This document shows, piece by piece, positions 17,164-25,280 of a stretch of 25,280 nucleotides of DNA (the stretch's first letter is position 1; each line of letters opens with the position of its first letter). The translations under genes and the position numbers were made by a program. The stretch comes from a virus (Duplodnaviria; Caudoviricetes): the IMG/VR virus record IMGVR_UViG_3300032073_000227, positions 1-25,280 of that record. One strand, written 5' to 3'. The notes beneath the pieces were generated by a model, which was not told where the DNA came from, ran no database searches, and was given only the letters and a program-made list of their open reading frames with translations.

Positions 17164-17781
17164 TTAGATACAACCCATGATAGAGTCGATGTTTTTAAGA
17201 ACTGTTTTACTCATGAATTGTTTGTTATATCCTAACCAACCGCCGTATTTCGTAACTACATTATCAATCCACTCTTTTTCGTTATCGGTAGGAGTATAAT
17301 CTAAATCGGTAATTTCTATCCACTTGTTCCACTCGTTCATCCAATAGTGTTTAGTTCCCCAATTCGGTTTGTTCTCTATAAAGATGTAAGAAGGGAAGTA
17401 CTTCATTGGAGTTCCATTGTCAGTAGAAGGAGAATCTTCTCTCATTTCGTACATATCAATCATACCATTGAAAGAACCACCTTTCAGCATGTATTCCCAT
17501 TGTTTAATATCTTGGTAGATAGTAGAATCAACAGATGAACCATCTCCATTACACACATTCACTCTTACTGAAGAACCACCACTATAAACATCAGAGGTAG
17601 AACTCACAACTAATGAAGGGTAATTTTTCTTAACATATTGTTTGATTATCGAAGCAACAACTTTAGCCCTCATATAAACATAAGGTTCGTTGTTGTTATA
17701 GGTATCATAACCTATGGATTCTGAAGGGATTAGGAAGTCATTTCCATTAATCGAAATTTTTACTTTTTTTAATTTACTCAT
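17164..17781 (-). CDS. LPD29-like (large polyvalent protein-associated domain) protein
   Basis: AS.IKQYVKK.YP...VS..SDVYSGGSSVRV...GGSFNGMIDMYE resembles the LPD29 pattern as recalled. Confidence 0.6.
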   Translation of the reverse strand: MSKLKKVKISINGNDFLIPSESIGYDTYNNNEPYVYMRAKVVASIIKQYVKKNYPSLVVSSTSDVYSGGSSVRVNVCNGDGSSVDSTIYQDIKQWEYMLKGGSFNGMIDMYEMREDSPSTDNGTPMKYFPSYIFIENKPNWGTKHYWMNEWNKWIEITDLDYTPTDNEKEWIDNVVTKYGGWLGYNKQFMSKTVLKNIDSIMGCI

Positions 17782-17818
17782 TTAACTATGTTTTAGGTTT
17801 TAAACTCAATCTTACATA

Positions 17819-17850
17819 GCTAATATACGAAAAATAGCTCAAAGCTCCAA
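17819..17850 (-). promoter_or_regulatory. Promoter TTGGA-N18-TATATTAGC (copy 4)
   Basis: Exact motif and spacer, upstream of the LPD29-like gene. Confidence 0.8.
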
Positions 17851-17870
17851 GGCATTTTTGAATTATTTTG

Positions 17871-18623
17871 CTAAATTTTTGCAGAACCTACATCGATTGG
17901 TTCTCTCTTCATATGGTTACCTGATGCAAAGTTTGCACCTTGTTTAATATAACCAGTTAAGAATGCCCTTCTGAATCGTTTTGATGTATTTGGTTCAGAA
18001 CCATGAATAACATTAGAATGTAGTAAGGCAACCTGTCCTTTTCTTAGATACCCATCAATGTGTGGAAAATTATGGTCCTCTGGTAATACACAAGGTTTAC
18101 CCCTTTCGTTTTTCCAATTCTTAGGATTTGAACCTACCCTTTCTTCATCTACTTCGATAGGTAATTTTCCTAATCTATGTGAACCTTCTAAGTACCATAC
18201 AGAACCATTATTGGGGTCATGATTATCAAATGCAATCGAAACGTTGATTATTTCATTTGATTTACATTGTGTATAAAATATATTTTGATGTTGGTCTCTT
18301 CCTAATTGACCTGGTGGTTTAAAGTATGCCCAAGTTTGTACACCAAATATTTTAGAATCCATAAGAAACTCACATGCCTCAATGATTTTAGGATGTTTCA
18401 TTAAATTAGTAAGTTGTTCTGATTCTTTATGTGGATACATATACGGGTCATACTCACCCCATTGTCCTTCTGTATCTTTTTCTTGTCTTTGAATTCTGAT
18501 TCGTTCTAACTCCTCAGCGTAAGAATCTACTTCACTGTCTGTTAGTAGATTTAATATAGATACTCCCTTGTATCTCCAGTCAAATTGTAATTGTTGTTTT
18601 TCTTCCTGTGATAAGTAACTCAT
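17871..18623 (-). CDS. PhyH-family Fe(II)/2-oxoglutarate dioxygenase-like protein
   Basis: YFKPPG..G...HQN, IAFD....NGSVWYLEGSH, GQVALLHSNVIHGSEPN.S..FRRA. Confidence 0.88.
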   Translation of the reverse strand: MSYLSQEEKQQLQFDWRYKGVSILNLLTDSEVDSYAEELERIRIQRQEKDTEGQWGEYDPYMYPHKESEQLTNLMKHPKIIEACEFLMDSKIFGVQTWAYFKPPGQLGRDQHQNIFYTQCKSNEIINVSIAFDNHDPNNGSVWYLEGSHRLGKLPIEVDEERVGSNPKNWKNERGKPCVLPEDHNFPHIDGYLRKGQVALLHSNVIHGSEPNTSKRFRRAFLTGYIKQGANFASGNHMKREPIDVGSAKI

Positions 18624-18653
18624 ATAACTAATTTAGTTGTATATTTATATATA

Positions 18654-19529
18654 TTAAAAATTTAAATAATAATTAATATACCGATATATCTCTTCTGAAA
18701 GTTTTTGATGTCCTAATAGATTTGGATGACCATCATCTATACCATTTTCTTTATTACCTATTCTACCTTCTATGTAATCATTGTAAAAAACTATCATATT
18801 TGTAGTCCAATACTCATAATCATTTGTATAATCGGATTTATCATGATAAAGTAAACTACATCCATGCCAATCTTTTTCTACCTTAAATTTTACAAGATTT
18901 AAATCTATTTTTTTAATTTCTTCAGATAGTAATTTCATTGCTTCTGGTTCTTCTTTACCTTCTTTACCATCTGGTCTCAATTCTTCTAATTGTTCTGTTG
19001 GTATTATTAAAAACTTACATCCTAGTTCTCTTAACCAAGAACATAAAAATATAGTTCTTTTTATTTCTTTTTCGAAGTTGATTCCACCATCTTCAAATGA
19101 ACCATACCAATTCATTATTGCATTTTCTTCGTGATGAGTATATGGTTCTCCCCAACCAACATTACCAGTTACTTTTTTATATCGTTGTTCATTTATAGAC
19201 CATACATCATGTCTAACAGAATTAGGCATTTCTAAAATATAAAGTACTTCTTGTGGATTTTTGTGTTTCAAGATGAAATCACTTGTCATTCTTAATACTC
19301 TTTCCCAAGAACCACCATAATCTGCTTCATTGGTTACTGGTAAGTTTATTTTGTTTTGTAATAGTGTTGGCCAATTGTTATCAATACGAAACTTTACTCT
19401 TTCTTCTTCGGATGCATCCCATTTTGGATACTCTGATTCGTATTTATTTAATTCCTTTAAAAAGGATGGGAGGTCTAAACCATAACCATAAGTAAATGAA
19501 GAACCATTTACATATATTTGTTTTATCAT
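18654..19529 (-). CDS. SGNH/GDSL-like hydrolase or acyltransferase
   Basis: Block I IYVNGSSFTYG, N.A..GGS, block V DDGHPNLLGH. Confidence 0.7.
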   Translation of the reverse strand: MIKQIYVNGSSFTYGYGLDLPSFLKELNKYESEYPKWDASEEERVKFRIDNNWPTLLQNKINLPVTNEADYGGSWERVLRMTSDFILKHKNPQEVLYILEMPNSVRHDVWSINEQRYKKVTGNVGWGEPYTHHEENAIMNWYGSFEDGGINFEKEIKRTIFLCSWLRELGCKFLIIPTEQLEELRPDGKEGKEEPEAMKLLSEEIKKIDLNLVKFKVEKDWHGCSLLYHDKSDYTNDYEYWTTNMIVFYNDYIEGRIGNKENGIDDGHPNLLGHQKLSEEIYRYINYYLNF

Positions 19530-20011
19530 CTTTCTTTTTTATAATATTGTAACAAGTTTGGTAAATACATATTAAGATTTGGTATTACATCTGAAACTGA
19601 TGCTATACTCAATGCATTCTGGTCTTTGGGTGTTAGTGGTTGTGTTATATCATCTGTAATTTTATAAGTATCTCCACCAAATATTACCCAATTAATAATT
19701 GCTAAATTATATCTAGTACTTTTTGTATATTTTGAACTTTCTCTTCTACTTACTTCGTATATAGGTGAGTTTCTATCATTAGATTTCTGTATAAAGTAGC
19801 GTTTAATTACACCAGTTTCATAATCTTTATCAGTTAATTCTGGTTTATGTTGTACTATTTTTATACTTTTGAACTGTTCATCAGATTTATTCAATATTTT
19901 TTTGTAAGAAGTAACCATTTTATCTTCTGATGCATCACCCTTTACTAACTTACCATTCGGTAATCTAGTCCATCCATTAGGTATATAGTTATTTTTATCT
20001 GTTAAACTCAT
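19526..20011 (-). CDS. Hypothetical protein at the end of the baseplate module
   Basis: 161-aa ORF overlapping both neighbours. Confidence 0.7.
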   Translation of the reverse strand: MSLTDKNNYIPNGWTRLPNGKLVKGDASEDKMVTSYKKILNKSDEQFKSIKIVQHKPELTDKDYETGVIKRYFIQKSNDRNSPIYEVSRRESSKYTKSTRYNLAIINWVIFGGDTYKITDDITQPLTPKDQNALSIASVSDVIPNLNMYLPNLLQYYKKER

Positions 20012-22293
20012 GATGATACGTTTCTAAATTGTCCTTCTATATTTGTTTTCCAATTCATACCTTCAATCTGTTGATTGATTTGTGTAACTTGGAAAAATCC
20101 ATTGTCGTATTGTGGAGGTAATCCTAATACTTTAAATTTATCTCCTCGTTTCCATCCACTTAATCCATGTATTGTAAATGAAAACTTAATAGGTAGTAAT
20201 GCTTGTCCTATTTGATGTTCTGGTGTACCACTCTGAACTCCATCTTCTCTTCTAATTAAATTTAGTAATGATGGGTCATCATAAATTGCCATCAATAATT
20301 TATTATACGAACCACGAGAATCTAAATCATCTGCACTATTGTTAATACTATTTGGATATACTCCAGCTTTATCTTGAAATACAGAATACATTGATGCTAT
20401 TTTTTCTTCTTTACTCGGTTCTTTTGATGATTCCGGTGGTTTTGCTTGTAAGTTCTGTTGATTTACTGTTGCAGATATCCAATCTACTTCATCTGTAAAT
20501 AATCCTCTACCAGTTGTAGGTGCAGTTGTACTTCCATCTGGATTAACTTGTATTCTACCTTTAGTTGCCTTTTTCATGGTAATAGTACCCATCATAGCTC
20601 CAGGTATATCTGATTGTAGTGATGCATCTAAAAATATAGATTGTTCCCCACCTAATACTAATTGCATAGCTTCAGCTTTTGGTGATGGACAAGACATTGC
20701 TTTATCAACGATTACTAGTTGTTGGAATATTTGACCAGTTTTTTTACCATATAAATCATATTGGTCACAAACTTGTTGTTCTATTTCAAACTGCCACATA
20801 TTATTACATGCAGCTGATAATCCATTCAAGATTTGAATAACCATATCATATGTAGTATTTGTTTTAGAATCAAAAACTCCTTTTGCAAAATCATAATTTA
20901 CATATAAATCTTCTAAATATCCCCAATTACCTGCACGTAAATCAGTTAATTCATCAAAAATACCAGCATCTTTTGGGTCATATCTATTTTCGGATGGAAA
21001 ACTTATTGCTTCACCCTCTGGACTGTAACTCATGTCAACAGTTCCTGCACTTTCAGCTGGTGCTGGTTCATCTCCTTTTAGTATTGACCATAATCCAAAG
21101 TTAGGCATTGTATTGTTTGGAATTAATAGTTTACTCTTATCTGTACTAAATATTCTTCTATGTGAACGTATTGGTATTTTATGAAATCTTAGTGGTGCCT
21201 CTACTATATTTCCTTTATCATCTGTTACAATTGGTATTGGATTTACAAGTGTTATCAGCGAAAGTAATACATCTAACTTTACAAATCTTTCATTTCCAAT
21301 TAATGGGGTGTTACCAGGTATAGCAACTTTACCTCCTTCAGGATGTCTGATATTTGTATCAACAGTTTCATCTCCCATATCTTCTCTAAGTTCTTCATCA
21401 AAGTTTATAAAGTTATAGGATTTTGTAAAATATTCATTATCAACTAATGCCTTTACATCATCAGTTCTATTGTATGCAGGTAAATCATTAAACATATATT
21501 GGAACTGTCTTTTTTTATCATTAATAGTTCCACCTGTCCACCAAAATGATTTACCACCTAAGTTTGTTTTATTTTCAGTATCACTTGGTGGTTTTTGACC
21601 TTGAAGATATGCTGCTAAATCACCAACACCTGTTATCTTTGTTGTTACTATATATTTTTCACCACCTTCAATTGAAATTCCTCCACCAGTAATTCTACCC
21701 AAGAAGTTATCATATTGACCAGCAGCTTTTTCTCTAACTGCTTTGATTGAATCTAAGTTTCTCATGGATACAACTTGTGCAATATCTCGTACATCAACTA
21801 TACCCTCTACTCCTTTAGCAGTATTCCAACCAAATTCAAGAAAAACAGAGTGTGCCGGTTCTCCAAATTTTTGTTGAATCTCTAACATCTGTGCTAATGA
21901 AAAACAAGTTATCTGTAATTCACATTTTTTTGATAATCCATTATTTCCTTCACTTATATCAATACCACTAATAATTGGTCTTGGTCTACCCCATCTATTA
22001 TCTTTAAAATCAATTTCATTACCTTGTAAATCAGTTAATTTCGTATTACCTTCTTCATCCTCTGTTGTAACTGTTCTAGCTCCACCAGATTCTGCACCAA
22101 TACCACCATAGATAGCATTTGCAGCATAAAATAAAGGTAAGTTTGGGTTTGATGTTATAATCATTCCAGCACCAACACCAGAAGTAACACGAATCCAAGC
22201 ATTGAGTTTACTTGCGTATAGGATATTTCCTTTACGTTTATCTACTTCTGATTTTATATATCCTTCTGGACTTGAAAAGTAACTAAATGACAT
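20008..22293 (-). CDS. Putative baseplate hub / tail protein
   Basis: Position after the LysM gene; P.ISGIDI..G...L.KKC.L.ITCF, VFLEFGW, C-terminal FSFTIHGLSG...GDKF.V...GFFQVTQINQQI....WKTNIEG beta-barrel typical of hub proteins. Confidence 0.6.
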   Translation of the reverse strand: MSFSYFSSPEGYIKSEVDKRKGNILYASKLNAWIRVTSGVGAGMIITSNPNLPLFYAANAIYGGIGAESGGARTVTTEDEEGNTKLTDLQGNEIDFKDNRWGRPRPIISGIDISEGNNGLSKKCELQITCFSLAQMLEIQQKFGEPAHSVFLEFGWNTAKGVEGIVDVRDIAQVVSMRNLDSIKAVREKAAGQYDNFLGRITGGGISIEGGEKYIVTTKITGVGDLAAYLQGQKPPSDTENKTNLGGKSFWWTGGTINDKKRQFQYMFNDLPAYNRTDDVKALVDNEYFTKSYNFINFDEELREDMGDETVDTNIRHPEGGKVAIPGNTPLIGNERFVKLDVLLSLITLVNPIPIVTDDKGNIVEAPLRFHKIPIRSHRRIFSTDKSKLLIPNNTMPNFGLWSILKGDEPAPAESAGTVDMSYSPEGEAISFPSENRYDPKDAGIFDELTDLRAGNWGYLEDLYVNYDFAKGVFDSKTNTTYDMVIQILNGLSAACNNMWQFEIEQQVCDQYDLYGKKTGQIFQQLVIVDKAMSCPSPKAEAMQLVLGGEQSIFLDASLQSDIPGAMMGTITMKKATKGRIQVNPDGSTTAPTTGRGLFTDEVDWISATVNQQNLQAKPPESSKEPSKEEKIASMYSVFQDKAGVYPNSINNSADDLDSRGSYNKLLMAIYDDPSLLNLIRREDGVQSGTPEHQIGQALLPIKFSFTIHGLSGWKRGDKFKVLGLPPQYDNGFFQVTQINQQIEGMNWKTNIEGQFRNVSS

Positions 22294-22298
22294 ATCAC

Positions 22299-22586
22299 TT
22301 ATTTGTTAAAGTTATTCTTAATCTCTATGTAATTTTGTGGAATTCTTAGAACTGTTCCATCTTCACATGCAACAGATGCATTATGTATTTTGTTAGCAGC
22401 TGCAATAATCCACCATAAACTAGAATCATTATAATATTGATTTGCAAGTGTATCTAATCTATCACCAGTCTGAGTTACTACATAGATATCATCATCTCTT
22501 AGAGGGATTTGTGGATATATTTTACTTCTATATACCACTCTACCATCACCAAGTTTTTTCGTTTCGTTATTATCGTATCTACTCAT
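22299..22586 (-). CDS. LysM-like baseplate protein (tail X / gp53-like)
   Basis: GDRLDTLANQYYNDSSLWWIIAAAN...GTVLRIP. Confidence 0.85.
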   Translation of the reverse strand: MSRYDNNETKKLGDGRVVYRSKIYPQIPLRDDDIYVVTQTGDRLDTLANQYYNDSSLWWIIAAANKIHNASVACEDGTVLRIPQNYIEIKNNFNK

Positions 22587-22587
22587 C

Positions 22588-24351
22588 TTATGTTATTGAT
22601 TTAAAACTATACATTTTACTTAAACCAGTCGTACTTCTTTGTTCAACAAATTTAATTGTTATTGATACATCTATAAATTTAGGTAATTTATAACCTTTTA
22701 AATCGTTTACTGTTAGTTCTTTAGTATTAAACTTATTTACAAACTCATTATCAACCACTGCATTACCTTGTCCTGTTTCCCATACACCACTATCTGGTAT
22801 CGTATAAGATAAACTTTCAATAAATCCATCTTTTTGATTGTACATATCACCTAATGTAAATTTTATAAATGGTGGTATTACATATCCTATACTTTCACTT
22901 TGATAACCAGTTGGATAACATAAGTAAGTTAAGAATTTTAATTTTTCCCAATTATTAACTAATTCATTTGCATTTAGTGCAAACAACTGTAAGTTAAAGT
23001 TTACACTTCTTTCTACACCGCTGTAAGTGTATAGGTTGAATGGATTTCCTAAAAACTTAGAACTATCCCATGAAGGTGAAGTCGTTTCTGTAAGTCCATT
23101 TATAGAACATCTGAAGTGTGCTCTCTTTCCACTATAAGTATTTTTAATTACAAGAGGTATTAAATCAAAATCTTCTAATGGAGTTCCTCCATCAACTAAG
23201 ATATCTTCATCTGATACTGGTGATTGATTTATAATATCTTTTTTATTTGTCATACCCCTTACACCTTCTAATGTTCTTCCAATAACATCATCATTTGTTG
23301 AGTACTTGTTTTCTAAATCTCTTTGTTTATCAAAATCATCTCCATCAAAATTATCACTTGGTTTAAATCTAAATCCATATTTTCCACCAAATGTTTTTCC
23401 TTCACCTCTTGTTGGTGTATATGATACTTTATCTATATTGATTGTTAAATCTTGTGAATCATCTATTACTAAATCTTCTGATGCTTTAGTATAAAGATTT
23501 GGTTTTTTACCTGAACGAGTTTCATCATCATTAAATTTATTTTCAGATATTTGAATATTTTTAGCAATTGTTAATGGAGGTGTACCAAAAATACCTTTTT
23601 CATACAATGATTTCACATATTCAAGTTTGGTTGACATATCGTTTCTATCTTCGATTGCCTCTGCAGATATATCAACAGTAGATGAATATGTAAATCCACC
23701 TTCTTTTTGTGGTTTCTTTTCTTGTATATCTTGTCTATTTGCTATTACATTACCATAATCAGGTATTAGGTTTTTATATTCACCTTGTGCAGGTTCATCA
23801 GGTCCTCTTTTACCAAATAATGCTCCTCTGATTTCTCCTTTTACTAAATCAATTCCTTTACCGATTGCTTGTTTTGCAATTGCAGATGGATTTCCACCAC
23901 CAGTTGATTTTAAAAATTTACCAAGACCAGTTCCAGCACCACCTAATCTAATCTCTTCTAAGGTGATTGAAGTGTTGACGGGGTTCTTACCTACTAAACC
24001 TTTAGCAACATCAGTAGGAATCAAATTAACGGGTATTCCAAGTGTACTATTTACTTTATCTCTAGCCTCTGATATAGAATTTACCTTTCCACCAGTTAAT
24101 TTACCCAATCCTTTACCAATTAATCCACCATCAGCAGGTGCTGAACTATTTGCAGTTCTTTGTTTTTCAACCGCTTCAGTAGTTCTATTTACGATACGAA
24201 TAGATTCGTTACCATATAAGATAGGATTGTTTAATTCAACTAAGGATTTAACTCTGATACCACTAGTTTCTTGTTCTACTAGAGTTTCGTTATCCGCCTT
24301 AACTGAATCTTTTAATCCACTACTTTGAAATAATTCTAATATTGTTGGCAT
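22588..24351 (-). CDS. Putative tail tube initiator / baseplate protein
   Basis: Lies between tape measure and LysM genes; C-terminal PSWD...G....YTYSGVERSVNFN, PPFIKFTLGDMY...GFIESLSYT...WE. Confidence 0.6.
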   Translation of the reverse strand: MPTILELFQSSGLKDSVKADNETLVEQETSGIRVKSLVELNNPILYGNESIRIVNRTTEAVEKQRTANSSAPADGGLIGKGLGKLTGGKVNSISEARDKVNSTLGIPVNLIPTDVAKGLVGKNPVNTSITLEEIRLGGAGTGLGKFLKSTGGGNPSAIAKQAIGKGIDLVKGEIRGALFGKRGPDEPAQGEYKNLIPDYGNVIANRQDIQEKKPQKEGGFTYSSTVDISAEAIEDRNDMSTKLEYVKSLYEKGIFGTPPLTIAKNIQISENKFNDDETRSGKKPNLYTKASEDLVIDDSQDLTINIDKVSYTPTRGEGKTFGGKYGFRFKPSDNFDGDDFDKQRDLENKYSTNDDVIGRTLEGVRGMTNKKDIINQSPVSDEDILVDGGTPLEDFDLIPLVIKNTYSGKRAHFRCSINGLTETTSPSWDSSKFLGNPFNLYTYSGVERSVNFNLQLFALNANELVNNWEKLKFLTYLCYPTGYQSESIGYVIPPFIKFTLGDMYNQKDGFIESLSYTIPDSGVWETGQGNAVVDNEFVNKFNTKELTVNDLKGYKLPKFIDVSITIKFVEQRSTTGLSKMYSFKSIT

Positions 24352-24354
24352 ATC

Positions 24355-25280
24355 TTATAATCCATATGAGTTAACTTTTGTTCCATTAACTACGTTTTTA
24401 ATTCCACTCGAAACCTTTGTTCCATCCATGTAAACTGCAACTTTACCAGCATTTAAATCTGCTCTTAATCCTTGAATCTCTGTGAGTAAGGCTTCCATTG
24501 AATCACCTCCACCTTCACTTTCACCACCACCGAACAATCCACCTAAGGCCATACTAATACCACCTACCATTGATAAGGCCATCAGACCAGGTAAAGCAGC
24601 AATTCCAGCTATTCCTAATAATGAAAGTGAACCAGCCAATGCGGTGATTCCTGCTGCAAGTGATATTATTCCACTCGTTAGTGGTACTATATTAGTAAGT
24701 GTATCTTTTACTAAGTTTAAGGTTTCAAATGGTATCATTCGTAATCCTATACCAAATGCAGTTAAACCAATACCTAGTGTAGTTAATGCCGCCGATGCAA
24801 AGAATATTGGAAGAGCCATTAATCCAAGAGGTACAACTGCCAATCCAAATGCCAATAACTGAGTACCAAGTGTTGCGAAATCAACACCAGCTCCTTTTGC
24901 TATTTCTTGTATTGCTTTTCCGAGAACAAACATAGCCCCAGCAACAATCAACATAGCGGCTGCACCTGCAAGAATTGCAACTGCTCCAACTCCACTACTC
25001 ATAATAGCACCTAATAAAGCAACTGAACCAACTAGAGCCAACATAGATACTACCGCCATTCCAACCGCACTCCAACTAACTTTCATAAATTCTTGAACTG
25101 CTTTACCAAACACGAATACTGCAGCTGCAACTATTAATAAAGCCGCTGCTCCTTTTAGTACCGCACTCATGTTTATTTTACCAAGTGATTGTGTTATACT
25201 TCCTTTTCCACCGATTGCATCTCCACCACCTTTTGGAACTTTTGGGGTTTTTGCAACAGATGGTGTTTTACCAGAAGCAG
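24355..25280 (-). CDS. Tape measure protein, C-terminal part (frame open to the window edge)
   Basis: Ala/Gly/Leu-rich helical repeats, C-terminal VAVYMDGTKVS; frame checked open from 25170 to 25278. Confidence 0.8.
   Translation of the reverse strand, partial: ASGKTPSVAKTPKVPKGGGDAIGGKGSITQSLGKINMSAVLKGAAALLIVAAAVFVFGKAVQEFMKVSWSAVGMAVVSMLALVGSVALLGAIMSSGVGAVAILAGAAAMLIVAGAMFVLGKAIQEIAKGAGVDFATLGTQLLAFGLAVVPLGLMALPIFFASAALTTLGIGLTAFGIGLRMIPFETLNLVKDTLTNIVPLTSGIISLAAGITALAGSLSLLGIAGIAALPGLMALSMVGGISMALGGLFGGGESEGGGDSMEALLTEIQGLRADLNAGKVAVYMDGTKVSSGIKNVVNGTKVNSYGL

Noticed and set aside
18642-18649. T4 late promoter TATAAATA on the coding strand before the PhyH gene
   Set aside because: Single instance inside an AT-only tract; other upstream regions show the opposite orientation, so it was not called.
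24355-25170. Hydrophobic ORF as a 271-aa membrane transporter
   Set aside because: The frame stays open to the window edge, and position and composition fit a tape measure C-terminus.

Overview
AT-rich fragment of a large contractile-tailed phage genome. All credible genes lie on the minus strand. In transcription order (right to left): tape measure C-terminus and baseplate module; SGNH-like and PhyH-like enzymes; small early-type genes (LPD29-like); a compact divergent family A DNA polymerase; a lipoprotein NucA-type nuclease; an HNH protein; a DUF1599/Nmad1 protein; a T4-style replication/recombination block (gp32-like SSB, RecA/UvsX, 5'-3' exonuclease, DnaB-like helicase); a histone-H1-like (Hc1) protein missed by the ORF track; nrdB and nrdA separated by two methyltransferases (GAMT/Rmt2-like and SET); thioredoxin; a translationally coupled operon (HTH, thymidylate-synthase homolog, PP-loop amidoligase, PLP enzyme); and the start of groEL. 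Four copies of TTGGA-N18-TATATTAGC resemble the Bacteroidota -33/-7 promoter and suggest a Bacteroidota host (inference). The best novelty candidates are the putative pyrimidine hypermodification operon, a gene-32-style RNA pseudoknot upstream of a Cys-free SSB, and the Hc1 + SET + Rmt2-like trio. All family calls come from motif recognition by eye, not from database searches.
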